From a virus (Duplodnaviria > Caudoviricetes): DNA of 52,271 bases. Position 1 is the stretch's first letter. Every line of letters starts with the position of its first letter. Below the pieces are notes generated by a model. That model did no database searches. It saw only the letters and a program-made list of their open reading frames with translations, and was not told where the DNA came from. The position numbers were made by a program, and so were the translations under genes. Positions 10,419 to 20,061 of the stretch are shown here, in pieces. Location of the stretch: the IMG/VR virus record IMGVR_UViG_3300047586_000105, positions 1 through 52,271 of that record, one strand, 5' to 3'.

Positions 10419-10754
10419 TTACTTCAGGACCACGAGGATCGTCCGGTCCGCGCCTTCCGCCGACCCGCAGACGATCTTCAGGTAGTCGAACGCGGCCAGC
10501 ACGTCTGCCTTGGCACCCGCGACCCCGATGGCCCGAGAGGCGGCGACAATCACATTCACCTGATTGCCGAGGTCGTCGTAGACCGGCACGAAGGTCCCCG
10601 TCCGGGTATCGCACCCCTTGAACGTGATAGAGGACGAGGTGAGCGCGACCGGCGTGACGATGCCGACGAGCGTGTAGACGCCCAACTCAAGGAGGTCGGA
10701 CTCCGTCAGTCCCGACAGGACCGTGACGGTGCGGATCAGCGGCTTTCTGTACAC
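10419..10754 (-). CDS. Hypothetical virion protein
   Basis: GTG after AGGAAGGAG; 111 aa beta-rich; in the structural module. Confidence 0.5.
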   Translation of the reverse strand: MYRKPLIRTVTVLSGLTESDLLELGVYTLVGIVTPVALTSSSITFKGCDTRTGTFVPVYDDLGNQVNVIVAASRAIGVAGAKADVLAAFDYLKIVCGSAEGADRTILVVLK

Positions 10755-10777
10755 TTTAGAACTCCTTCCTGGTGTGC

Positions 10778-11800
10778 CTAGCGGCGGCGCTCACGGCGCT
10801 CGCGCCGGAGATGGCTGTGCTCGTCCGGAGGCGGTAGGACGGTGCTCCCTTGGCCCATACTGCGTCGCGTCTCCGCTACCAATCCCCACGGGCCAGCCAT
10901 CGTACGAGGACTGTTGGTGTACCCGGGGCCGTTGACGGAAGCCGGGCCGATGGGATACCGGGGAAGCACGGTGCTGCCCAGGCCGCGCAACGTCTCGGCG
11001 ACCAGACTCCACGGACCCGCCATCTGCGTGCGGGCAGCGGGGCCGTGTGTGCCATACGCCGGAACCAACACTTGGAACGGGTCGGCCGCGAACTGCGTGA
11101 TCTGCGCCGGGGTCCATGCACTCTTCTGCGCGACGAGCATCAGCACGTTGCCAGAGTAATAGGCGGCGCTGTCTGCGCCTTCCCGGCCGACCGTAAGCGT
11201 CACACCGTTGTCCAGGTTCCGCGTCAGGTTGTCGGCCGCCGCGCCGTCTGGACTGCCATTCGTGTAGAGTTGCAAGAGGTGGTGTGATCCGTTGGAGGTA
11301 TCCCAGGTCAGGACGAGTACGGCCAGTGTGCCGCTCACCACCGGCACCGACCCCGTGACTTGTCCCGCCGTCCCGCCACCGGCACAAATGCGCGCCTGCC
11401 ACACATCTGCGGCCGTTTGGTACAGTCTCAAACTGTAGATGGTCCCCCCGGCGTTGTCGTCGCTCAGGATGTGGCGTACTGCTCCCACTGCATCGGGTCG
11501 CACGACCGCGCCGAGCGTGAACGCGCCGTTCCCCATCAATGCCCCGAAGCCGGTCGGCGTCACCATGTCCGCGCGTGCCGAGACCCCACCGAAGCCGACG
11601 CCCACGCCGAGCGCATCAGCCACCCACATCGGCGGAGCGGCGCCCGCGAAGGCAGCCGGAGCCGCGAGATCCCCCAGGTCGTGCAACGCTGTGCTCGTGT
11701 TCTCCCACATCGGCAGGAGCCACAGGCCCGAGGCGCCGTACTGTTTCCAGAAGGCGACCTTGGTCGCGTCGAACGCCCACGCGGTAGGCTTCAGTATCAT
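10778..11800 (-). CDS. LamG/concanavalin-A-like lectin domain protein
   Basis: LWLLPMWEN, FTLGAVVRP, LVLTWD, LQLYTNG, YYSGNV, AWTPAQI; RBS GGAGGAG. Confidence 0.7.
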   Translation of the reverse strand: MILKPTAWAFDATKVAFWKQYGASGLWLLPMWENTSTALHDLGDLAAPAAFAGAAPPMWVADALGVGVGFGGVSARADMVTPTGFGALMGNGAFTLGAVVRPDAVGAVRHILSDDNAGGTIYSLRLYQTAADVWQARICAGGGTAGQVTGSVPVVSGTLAVLVLTWDTSNGSHHLLQLYTNGSPDGAAADNLTRNLDNGVTLTVGREGADSAAYYSGNVLMLVAQKSAWTPAQITQFAADPFQVLVPAYGTHGPAARTQMAGPWSLVAETLRGLGSTVLPRYPIGPASVNGPGYTNSPRTMAGPWGLVAETRRSMGQGSTVLPPPDEHSHLRRERRERRR

Positions 11801-11866
11801 CGTCCCGCTCCTCCCAGCCGAGGCCGGCGATGGCAGTCACCACCGCCGGCACTACCTCGTCTGCGG

Positions 11867-12433
11867 CTAGTTGTCGCTGGAGACGATGTACTCGTGCACC
11901 GTGACGCCGTTGCCGGCGTCCGAGATCGAGAACCCGGCCCAGAGGTCGAACACGTTCGCGATCGTCGAGTCGAAGCCCGTACCCACCGCCGGAGCCGTTG
12001 CCGGCGCCATGATGAGGGTGTCGCTCTGCGCGTCGTCCGTCTGGCCCGCCGTCTTCGTGAACTGGACGCCGCAGACCCTCCCCATCCCCATGAACGTCGC
12101 CGACGTCCCCGACCCCACGGACCGTAGGGTCAGCACCGCGAGGAAGTGGAACGGCAGGAGCGTGTGCGCCGTGGCGTTGAGCTGGATCGCGCCGGTGGTG
12201 AACACCACGATCGATCCCATCATGCACTGGAGCGTGATGGTCCCGGGCGTGGTGACGATGTTGCTGAGGGCACCCCAGACATCCACGGTGATGACCTGGC
12301 CGACCTGGGAGAGGAACCCCGCCGGCACGGTCCAGAGGGCCTGCGGCTTGATGACCGTCTTCGCGGTCGTGTAGGTGTTGAATGCCGTTCCCGCAGCCTG
12401 CTGCGAGGCGACAAGTGCGCGGTAGCCGAGCAT
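11867..12433 (-). CDS. Hypothetical virion protein (beta-sandwich)
   Basis: 188 aa, RBS GGGAG, strong GC3 coding bias. Confidence 0.55.
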   Translation of the reverse strand: MLGYRALVASQQAAGTAFNTYTTAKTVIKPQALWTVPAGFLSQVGQVITVDVWGALSNIVTTPGTITLQCMMGSIVVFTTGAIQLNATAHTLLPFHFLAVLTLRSVGSGTSATFMGMGRVCGVQFTKTAGQTDDAQSDTLIMAPATAPAVGTGFDSTIANVFDLWAGFSISDAGNGVTVHEYIVSSDN

Positions 12434-12475
12434 GGTCGTGTTCTCCCGTCCTAGTGGATTGTGACCCCGATGAGC

Positions 12476-12694
12476 CTACCCATGTCGAGCCCCGGCCCCA
12501 TCAACCGGCAACGCCCCGGCGGGAGCAACGACGATGTGATTCACCTGCTTGGCCGCGTACTCGCGGATTCCGTCCTTGGCCATCTCCAGCATCAGGTAGC
12601 ACTGGGCCTTGTTCCCGATGGGACCGCGGAGGGTCACGGTCATGTCCGGGTTCAGGATGATGAGCAGTCGGTCCAGCCCGTCCGTCTCGTTCAT
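12476..12694 (-). CDS. Hypothetical protein (72 aa)
   Basis: ATG 12694 just after the upstream stop; MNETDGLDRLLIILNPDM... Confidence 0.55.
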   Translation of the reverse strand: MNETDGLDRLLIILNPDMTVTLRGPIGNKAQCYLMLEMAKDGIREYAAKQVNHIVVAPAGALPVDGAGARHG

Positions 12695-12695
12695 G

Positions 12696-13379
12696 TCACC
12701 ACCTGTTCCCGAGTCTGCGTGGCTTCCGGAGCGTCCGTGGCCCCTTGTTCGCCCGTGCGATGTCCCGCGCCCGCTCCCGCGCCCGTGCGAGATACCGCTC
12801 GATTTTCTGCTCGCCGTCAGGGCCAAGGGGTTCCCAGTTCTCCTCCTTGGCAACGTTCGCGGCCTCGGCCACGATGAGCGACCGCGCATCCACCGGGAAG
12901 TCGAGTGTGACGCCCGACGCCAGGAGCGGGTGCGTGTAGTGGTACTCCAGATACACCGGCGTCGGGGGCTGCGCGGTCCGGGCCAGCCAGAGCGTGTCGC
13001 CCCGGATGGAGTAGCCGTTCCCCTTGGCCAGTTCATCGTCCGGGAGGAGTTCCACGCCCCACGGGTCCCCGTTCGCCTCGCGGAGTGCGGAGACCCGCTG
13101 ATTCCCGTAGGCCCGGAGGAAGTCCGACGGCAGGGCGCAGTAGCGCCCCCCATCCGCCGCATCCGAGCCCAACCATGTGAGCGCCGAGGACCGCTTTCTC
13201 CACCCGGCGTATCCCATGTGCAGCATCCACCGCTGCGCTTCCCGACACCCGAGAGTCAAGTAGGTGTCGGCGACCTCGTTCAGGGCCTCGCCGTTCTCGA
13301 CGAGCGCCGAGTCGTTGGCCACCGTCCCCACCAGGCGCAGGAAGGCGTTCCGAAGTTGAACGACGGTACTGAGTTCCAC
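12696..13379 (-). CDS. Head-to-tail adaptor-like protein
   Basis: 227 aa; RYCALPSDFLR, YLEYHY; size and position of podoviral adaptors. Confidence 0.6.
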   Translation of the reverse strand: MELSTVVQLRNAFLRLVGTVANDSALVENGEALNEVADTYLTLGCREAQRWMLHMGYAGWRKRSSALTWLGSDAADGGRYCALPSDFLRAYGNQRVSALREANGDPWGVELLPDDELAKGNGYSIRGDTLWLARTAQPPTPVYLEYHYTHPLLASGVTLDFPVDARSLIVAEAANVAKEENWEPLGPDGEQKIERYLARARERARDIARANKGPRTLRKPRRLGNRW

Positions 13380-13382
13380 CGA

Positions 13383-14009
13383 CTACTCCTCCGGCACCTT
13401 CGCCGCTTCCTTCTTCGCCTCAGCGATAGCCGCCTCTGCTTCCTGCGCGGCCTCCTCGCTGCCCTGCATCTTCGTCCCGTTCGAGAGGAGGTACCATCCG
13501 CCGCCCTTGGCCATCGGGTACAGGCTCGGGACGGGTGGTTCCGTCATCGCGGCGGCTGGCACGATGGGGGTCGCCGCCGGGACCGCGAGCGCCTTGAGGT
13601 CGGCGAGCAGGTTGGCGGGGTCCACGCCCGCGTCCACGAGCGCCTCGGCGAGTTGGTCCTTCATCGCCACGACCTTCTTCACCCGCGTCTCGGCGGCCAG
13701 TTCCTCGGCGGTCGGGACATGGTAGGGCACCATCTCCACGTTCCCGTTCAACTGGTCGAGAAGCGTGAAGAGGTCGGTGGCCTCGTACACCTCGCCCTGA
13801 TTCACCGGCAACAGCGGTTCCCCGGTGAGCGGATGCTTGCGCCAGACGCGATTACCCTCCGCGTCCAGTTTGGGGACGGCCCGACCGCGCTGCATCGTCC
13901 GCTGGTAGATGATCCGTCCGTCCGGGGTGGTGCCGTACGTCGTCGAGCCGGCCGGTGGAATCAGGTCGGACTTGATGGGCTTCACGCGATCCAGTACGCT
14001 GCGTGCCAT
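13383..14009 (-). CDS. Hypothetical protein
   Basis: 208 aa, RBS GGGAG; C-terminal KGGGWYLLSNGTKMQG motif. Confidence 0.55.
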   Translation of the reverse strand: MARSVLDRVKPIKSDLIPPAGSTTYGTTPDGRIIYQRTMQRGRAVPKLDAEGNRVWRKHPLTGEPLLPVNQGEVYEATDLFTLLDQLNGNVEMVPYHVPTAEELAAETRVKKVVAMKDQLAEALVDAGVDPANLLADLKALAVPAATPIVPAAAMTEPPVPSLYPMAKGGGWYLLSNGTKMQGSEEAAQEAEAAIAEAKKEAAKVPEE

Positions 14010-14024
14010 GTCTGCGCTCCCGTG

Positions 14025-14555
14025 CTACGGTAGGAGGTCGGCCAGCACCCCTACCAGTGGAATCCCGAGCACCTGCCGGCGCTTGTCGCGGGCTTCGTCC
14101 CGGGCACCTTCGCGCGCATCCGTGCGGTTCTTCTCGCGGGCCTGCGCGTTGTCCTCGTTCACCTTCTTGAGTTGCTCCTCCAGTGACCGGAACTCGCCCC
14201 GGCCACTCCACGTGTCCCCCTTTTCGAGGAACGTCCGCACCCCCGACGCCCCGAGTTGCAGGATGTCGAAGGGGCGATAGCCCGTGTGATGCGAGGCGTC
14301 CGGCTCATGCAGCCAGACATCCTCGGTCGGGGGCTCGGCGACCTTCCCCTCCCGGTAGAGCAGGAGGCGTTTGTCGCCAGGCTTGAGGGTGAGGCGCACC
14401 ACCCACGTCCCACTGGCCACTCGGCCCCGCAGGAAGGCGGTCGGGATGAAGTGGAGGGTCGCGTGACGCCCGGACAGACGCGCCCACGCCTCCACTTCAT
14501 CCGCGATCTCGACCGGCGGGACCGGAAGACCGTTCCTACGCACCTGCAGCGTCAC
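14025..14555 (-). CDS. Hypothetical protein
   Basis: GTGA overlap with the upstream gene; 176 aa. Confidence 0.55.
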   Translation of the reverse strand: MTLQVRRNGLPVPPVEIADEVEAWARLSGRHATLHFIPTAFLRGRVASGTWVVRLTLKPGDKRLLLYREGKVAEPPTEDVWLHEPDASHHTGYRPFDILQLGASGVRTFLEKGDTWSGRGEFRSLEEQLKKVNEDNAQAREKNRTDAREGARDEARDKRRQVLGIPLVGVLADLLP

Positions 14556-15613
14556 GACGGCGTCCCCAACTGGCGCAGGACGATGTCGTCCGCCGCGAGG
14601 AAGGGCTGGTTCAACGCTGCGCGACCCACCTCGATCGCGTCGGCACCCGGACCGTTCTTGGTGAACGTCACCGACAGGCCACTCTTGTCCAGCAGGGTCG
14701 AAGCCGGGACGTAGGCGGCACCACTCTTGTTGTCGATGATGATGGTGCCGATCAGGGCCAGGAGCGGGTTCGGGCTGCTGTCGCGAATCGCGTCCTTTGC
14801 CGCCTGGACAGTCGCGTAGGCGTACCCGAGCTGGAGTGCGTACTCCACGTCATCGGCGAGGCCGTAGACCAGCCAGACACCCACGGCACCGTTGGCGACG
14901 CTGGTACCCGTGAGGGCGCACCCCGTCTTCCCCGAAGCCGCCACCCGTGTCCCCGAGCCGAGAACGAAGGTCGTGGCGCCGTAGACGTACGTGGCCGAGG
15001 CGGCGACGAGGGCGAAACTCGCTGCGGCAACCTCGACCGACGGTCGCCGGATGAGGTCGTAGAAGGTGCCGACCGTCGCGAGGGTCGTGGTCCCCATCGT
15101 GTGGTCTGCGGCCGTCGGGGCAACCGTCAGCGCCCCGATGCAGACCGCGTGCGCGCCCGCCGTCGGCGGCAGGGGATTCGTCGCCACGGCCCACTGGGAC
15201 AGGGCGATGACGGCGCTGGCGTGCGCCTGCGGCGTCCCGGCCGCGTCTTCGAGGTCGAGACCCCCGGCGGTGCTCATGAACGCCCAGAAGGCCCCGTAGT
15301 AGTGGTCCGTGATGACATCGGCCGCACACGTCGCTGCCGCCGAGATGTCGAGCGCGGCCACCGCGCTTGCCGAGTAGACCTGCCCCTGGTGCCGGAAGAC
15401 GATAGTGCTGTCCGTCTCCACGTCCTCGGGACTCCCGTCGATGGAGAACCCCGGCGTGGTGCTACTCGCCAAGAGGCCGTCCCCGGCCACTAGGGTCATC
15501 AGTCGGCTGGTGAGCGACGAGAGTTGGTTGATGACGCCGAGTGCCGCCCAGATGGCCGATTCCGGCCTCCGGACGATGCTGGACGACGCCGCTGTGACTG
15601 TTCTCCGTGCCAT
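14552..15613 (-). CDS. Putative head decoration/fibre protein, paralog of 15715-17154
   Basis: Shares N- and C-terminal motifs with the neighbouring gene; follows the capsid gene. Confidence 0.5.
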   Translation of the reverse strand: MARRTVTAASSSIVRRPESAIWAALGVINQLSSLTSRLMTLVAGDGLLASSTTPGFSIDGSPEDVETDSTIVFRHQGQVYSASAVAALDISAAATCAADVITDHYYGAFWAFMSTAGGLDLEDAAGTPQAHASAVIALSQWAVATNPLPPTAGAHAVCIGALTVAPTAADHTMGTTTLATVGTFYDLIRRPSVEVAAASFALVAASATYVYGATTFVLGSGTRVAASGKTGCALTGTSVANGAVGVWLVYGLADDVEYALQLGYAYATVQAAKDAIRDSSPNPLLALIGTIIIDNKSGAAYVPASTLLDKSGLSVTFTKNGPGADAIEVGRAALNQPFLAADDIVLRQLGTPS

Positions 15614-15714
15614 CTGCTCCCCCTTGTGGTCCGGGGAGTTACCCCCGGTGGTGAACCTGCTTGACGGTGTACGACGGGGGAGGCGCGGACCGCCTCAGAA
15701 CCCGTCTCACTGGC

Positions 15715-17154
15715 CTACGGTGCGCCCAACTCGTGCGTCGAGATGTCATCCACGGCCGCCGCACTGAGCGTGGCCGGTCCCGAGGTGATGGCGATGGACG
15801 CCGTGAGGGTCGCCGGACCCGCTGTCGGCTTCTGGGCCGTGAGCGTGGCCGGAGCCGCTGCCGGAGTCGTCGCGGCGACGAGGGCTGGAATCGCGACCCG
15901 ACTGATCTGATGCGAGTCGAACCCCGTCGGCTTCGTCCGATCCCACCCCGCCACGGTGGCGTCGGTGATGGTGGCCGTGACGAGGGCCGTGTTCCATGCC
16001 GTGGTCTTGAAGGTGAAATCGCCGACGGTGCCGTTGTAGACCCGGATGAGCGCGAAGGGGACGAACATCGACGGCAGGCGGTCGACCACGAGGTCGATAG
16101 CCGCCTTCGCGGTCGCCGCGTCGGCGTAGGCCATCGTCTGCACGGCCGGGAGACCGGCGGCGTTCAGCGAGACCGTGCTCGTGCCGGCGAGGTCGGTGCA
16201 GATGACCACCGCGCCGTACTTGGTGGTGGAGATGATGTCCGCGTCGGTCAGGGCCTGCGCCGCACCCGCACCAATCTGGGCCTTCTTGAGGCCGTTCATG
16301 TTCGCGTCGATGGTCCCGTGGCCGTAGGTGGTCGAGGCCGAAACCAGCGCCGAAGCGGCACCGAGCGCGGCGTTGAGTCCCGAGACCCGCTTCCGCGGCC
16401 CGCGTTCGTAGTAGATGGTGGCCGTCGCCGTAGCGACGGTGAGGTTGTCCGTGCCGATGTTGAAGGCGGACGCCGTCTTGACCACCGTGAGGTAACCGAG
16501 GGTGGCCGCGTTCGCGGTCGGTGCGAGAGCACTGAGCGACAGGAGGGCCTTCTGCTCGGTGCTGTAGCCGCCGACGAGGGCGCACAACTTCGCGGTGCAG
16601 GCCCCGAGGCGGTCGATCTCGATACGCCACGCACCGTAGTAGTTCTGGGCGATGTCCCCCAGGTCCTCTAGGGTGATGGTCGCGGGCAGGGAGGCGTGGT
16701 AGCGGATGCTGCCGATCTGATAGTCGACATACCCAGCCGCCGTCAACGTCACCGCCCCGCCAGCGGTGAAGTAGTAACTGCCTCCGTACACGCCGTTCGG
16801 CGTGAGCAGGAAGTCGAGGTGGTTGCTGAGGTTGTTGTCGTCGTCGGCGACCTCGGTCGCCCACGTATTCGTCTCGTCCACATCCGTCTTGAAGGTGGCG
16901 TGGTCGTCGATGAGTTCGTCGACGGCGGTCACGAGACCGTCCACCGTGACCTTGTAGGTCCCGTGGTCGGTGCCGAGTTCCTCGGCCAGCGTCTCCAGCT
17001 GGTCGACGGTGACCTTCGTGGCCGCGTGGTCCGTCCGCATCTCGTTGGCGAGCGCAACGAGGTCGTTGATGAGTTCCATCACGACCCACATCACCGACTT
17101 CGGGTTCTTGCTGATCGGCCGCGCTTCGCCGGTTCCTACGGTCCTGGTCGCCAT
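15715..17154 (-). CDS. Putative head decoration/fibre protein with 21-aa coiled-coil repeats
   Basis: DHAATKVTVD / DHGTYKVTVD / DHATFKTDVD repeats and PATLTA repeats; RBS AGGAG. Confidence 0.5.
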   Translation of the reverse strand: MATRTVGTGEARPISKNPKSVMWVVMELINDLVALANEMRTDHAATKVTVDQLETLAEELGTDHGTYKVTVDGLVTAVDELIDDHATFKTDVDETNTWATEVADDDNNLSNHLDFLLTPNGVYGGSYYFTAGGAVTLTAAGYVDYQIGSIRYHASLPATITLEDLGDIAQNYYGAWRIEIDRLGACTAKLCALVGGYSTEQKALLSLSALAPTANAATLGYLTVVKTASAFNIGTDNLTVATATATIYYERGPRKRVSGLNAALGAASALVSASTTYGHGTIDANMNGLKKAQIGAGAAQALTDADIISTTKYGAVVICTDLAGTSTVSLNAAGLPAVQTMAYADAATAKAAIDLVVDRLPSMFVPFALIRVYNGTVGDFTFKTTAWNTALVTATITDATVAGWDRTKPTGFDSHQISRVAIPALVAATTPAAAPATLTAQKPTAGPATLTASIAITSGPATLSAAAVDDISTHELGAP

Positions 17155-17361
17155 CGCACACCTATCTCCTGCGCCCGTGAGCGCCGTTCTTCGGTGGTCC
17201 TCCGAGTTGTGGGCACCTTCCCACGTCCCCGGTGCTGCCCGGTCCCGTCCCCGACCGTGTGTCGGGTGGGCGACCGTCCTGCTGCTGCGGCGGGTCGGGG
17301 CAGGGGTCCGAAGACCCCCGCCCCAACCGCATCCTTCACTTCACCTCACGAACTCCCGGGC

Positions 17362-18693
17362 TTAGTAGTCGGGGATGCCCGTGTAGTCGCCGCTCGTCAC
17401 GTCGACGGAGATGCCCGTGAGGGCACCGTTCGCGCCGCGGTTCGTGCAGAACGTCTGCATGTACTCCGCGACGAACGCTTCCTTGCCGTCGAAGTCACCG
17501 ATCCGCTGCCACTGGTTGCCGTCCTCGGTCCAGAAGTCTGCCGGACCCCCGAGGTCAACGCGCTGCAACCCTTCCTTCCACAGCGTCATCGCGATGTTGT
17601 GGTAGAAGAAGCCGTCCCCCACGAGCGGCATCCCGTTCACCGTGACGCCCGTGTACCCACCCTTCAGGTCCCCACCCGTGTACGCCTGCTGCTGATAGCC
17701 CATGAGACTCCGGGCGATCTGCGCGACGCAGGCAGGGAAGGTGAGGAGGACGTCCGTCGCCGGGGTCACGTCGAAGCCGCGCTTCTGGCCGAGCTGCAGC
17801 CAGTGCTCGGTGAGTTCGAGATGGTCGAAGGTGACCGACGCCTTGCGGTAGGGCTTGTGCCGCGGATAGGTCGCCTCGACGATGTTGAACACGGTCGAGA
17901 CCGCCGCCGCCGGGTCCACGATGACGCCGAGCCCGTTCGGCCCCGCGTTCCGCTCCAACTCGAAGTAGTCCGCGGTGATGTCCGTTGTGGTGGCGAAGTA
18001 CACGAGGTCGTCGGCAACCACTGCCGGCGTGCCCGACTCCGTCTCCCAGCTCGCGACCATCGTGATCTGACGGGTCGAGTAGACGATGGAGAGGACCTTC
18101 CCGGCCCCACCGACGACCGACGTGCTGACGTCGTACCAGCCTATGACCGACCCCTCGGAGATGTTCGAGAGGGGGTTCGTGCTCGTGTTCCCGTAGGCGT
18201 CCTTGATGGTGAAGACGGTGCTGGACGTGCGGGCGTCGACCTTCCCCAGGAGACAGGAAGACGACCCGATGGAATGGCGAATCTCCATCGACTTCCACGA
18301 GTCCCAGAGGATGTCGAACAGCCGCGTGCCGAAGTCCTGGAACGCGCCGGGGCCGCTGGCCTGCTTCTCGACCAGACTGTCGGCCGCGATGCGCCGATAG
18401 CGCCGGATGGGGGTGATGCGACCCTGGATGGGGTCGAGGCCCACATGGTCCGGCAGGCTCCCGAGGGTCGCCATGCCGCCCGTCGCGAACCGATAGTCGG
18501 CCGCGAAGACCATGTGCTGTCCTTCGAGCCGGTACTCGCCCGGCCCGTTGCCCTGCGCCGCCTGCTGGAACAGCGTGGCGGTGGGCGACTCCCGACGGAC
18601 GTTGGGCAGCACTCGTCCGACGAAGATGTCGTGCGTCAGCCCCGTGAGGGCGGTCATCGCCTCCACGGTGGCGTGCTGTGAACCGTATGCCAT
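17362..18693 (-). CDS. Major capsid protein
   Basis: 443 aa directly after scaffold and portal; RBS AGGAG; strong codon bias; DLKGGYTGV and C-terminal FCTNRGANGALTGI. Confidence 0.8.
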   Translation of the reverse strand: MAYGSQHATVEAMTALTGLTHDIFVGRVLPNVRRESPTATLFQQAAQGNGPGEYRLEGQHMVFAADYRFATGGMATLGSLPDHVGLDPIQGRITPIRRYRRIAADSLVEKQASGPGAFQDFGTRLFDILWDSWKSMEIRHSIGSSSCLLGKVDARTSSTVFTIKDAYGNTSTNPLSNISEGSVIGWYDVSTSVVGGAGKVLSIVYSTRQITMVASWETESGTPAVVADDLVYFATTTDITADYFELERNAGPNGLGVIVDPAAAVSTVFNIVEATYPRHKPYRKASVTFDHLELTEHWLQLGQKRGFDVTPATDVLLTFPACVAQIARSLMGYQQQAYTGGDLKGGYTGVTVNGMPLVGDGFFYHNIAMTLWKEGLQRVDLGGPADFWTEDGNQWQRIGDFDGKEAFVAEYMQTFCTNRGANGALTGISVDVTSGDYTGIPDY

Positions 18694-18731
18694 GACCTAC
18701 TCCTGCGCCCCGATGGGCGCTGGCTCCCTGT

Positions 18732-19991
18732 TCAGGTTCCGAGGTGGCGTGCGACGTCGTCTCGCACGGCCGCTCTCGCCGACTTGCGATTCAGTTGGGG
18801 GCTCTGCTCGGCGGCGGGTACAGCGGCGGCCTCGGAGCCTGCGGGTACACGGTCGCGGCTAGCGCCAGTGAGGTTCCCCAGCGGATGCGGGGGAATCGCC
18901 TCGCGCGTCGTGGCGACCTGCTTCTTGTACGCTTCGACTGCGTCCTGCTTGATCTGCTCGATGCGGCGCTGTTCCTCCGCGACCTTCGCGGCGGCGAGGG
19001 TGCGCGCCTCAACGTCCTTCTGACCCATCTTCCTGACGACATCGACGACTTCGGGTCGCGCGGTGAGCAGCGCGTTGAAGAAGTTCATGAACTTCTTGTG
19101 CATCTGGTCGGTGTCGCCGGGCTGGATTTCGGGGTAGTGCCCGAGCGCCAGTTCGGCGTCGAACGAGTGGACCGCGCTCTCGAACCACTTCGGGAAGTCG
19201 GGGAGCGTCCGGATGACCTCCGGCAGTGTGGTCACGTTCCCCCACGCCTCGTCCTTCCACCCGAGGGCCGCGCGCTCGATGGCCTGCGCGTTCACCGTGG
19301 CCATCCGCCTCTCGACCTCTTGGCTCGCGACCTGCTCCAGGTCGGCGTTGAAGCCCCGGAGGTACTGGTCCGCCACCTCGTCGCCGTACGCCTCGCGCAG
19401 CTCCTGCGCCTTCCCCATCACGGCGGCGTACTCGGGTCGCGACTGCCACGTCTGGTACGCGGCCTCCCGCGCCTCGCGCTCGACCTTCTCCCGCTTCAGT
19501 CCCTCGTTCTCGGCCTGCACGGTCGCGAGTTCCGCGCGCCGGACGTAACTGTTGAGGGCGGCCCGGATAGCCCGCTCCTCCTTGGGGTCCTGCGCCGTCA
19601 GCGTCTCGACCCCCATCTCCCGGAGCGGATGCCCCTGCGGGATGGGGACCTTGATGGCCTGCGGAGCCGCTGGCGTGGCCGGAGCCGCTGCCGGGGTCCC
19701 AGGGGTCACCGGAGTCGTGGGGGCCACGGGTTCGGCGGCTGGTGCCCCTGCCGCGGCTTCCGGCGACGGCGTGTCGGGAGTCAGACCGTCCGAGGCACTC
19801 GCGGGGGCCGTGACTTGGGCGGTGGCCTCACGAAGGCCCTGCCGAGCGCCCTTGCGTGAAAGGAACTCGGCCCGGCTCGGGGCCACGGGAGCCGCCGGAG
19901 CGACAGGTGCAGCGACCGCTGGCGCGACCGGAGTGACTGGCGGCGCGGCGGGGGTAACAGGGGCTACGGTTTCGGTGGCTACGTCAGTCAT
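18732..19991 (-). CDS. Capsid scaffolding protein
   Basis: Pro/Ala-rich N-terminus and charged coiled-coil body; between portal and capsid; RBS GAGG. Confidence 0.7.
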   Translation of the reverse strand: MTDVATETVAPVTPAAPPVTPVAPAVAAPVAPAAPVAPSRAEFLSRKGARQGLREATAQVTAPASASDGLTPDTPSPEAAAGAPAAEPVAPTTPVTPGTPAAAPATPAAPQAIKVPIPQGHPLREMGVETLTAQDPKEERAIRAALNSYVRRAELATVQAENEGLKREKVEREAREAAYQTWQSRPEYAAVMGKAQELREAYGDEVADQYLRGFNADLEQVASQEVERRMATVNAQAIERAALGWKDEAWGNVTTLPEVIRTLPDFPKWFESAVHSFDAELALGHYPEIQPGDTDQMHKKFMNFFNALLTARPEVVDVVRKMGQKDVEARTLAAAKVAEEQRRIEQIKQDAVEAYKKQVATTREAIPPHPLGNLTGASRDRVPAGSEAAAVPAAEQSPQLNRKSARAAVRDDVARHLGT

Positions 19992-20061
19992 GCCATCCTC
20001 ACTCGTTGCGACAGTACTGCGGGGCGCGGCGTTCGCGGCGCCCGGACGGACTGCCGGTGCA

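Noticed and set aside
960-11023. Diversity-generating retroelement suggested by duplicated segments in virion genes
   Set aside because: No reverse transcriptase in the window, and the duplicates are in-frame tandem peptide repeats without adenine-specific differences
15614-15714. Hammerhead ribozyme in the intergenic hairpins
   Set aside because: The CUGANGA and GAAA core motifs are not both present
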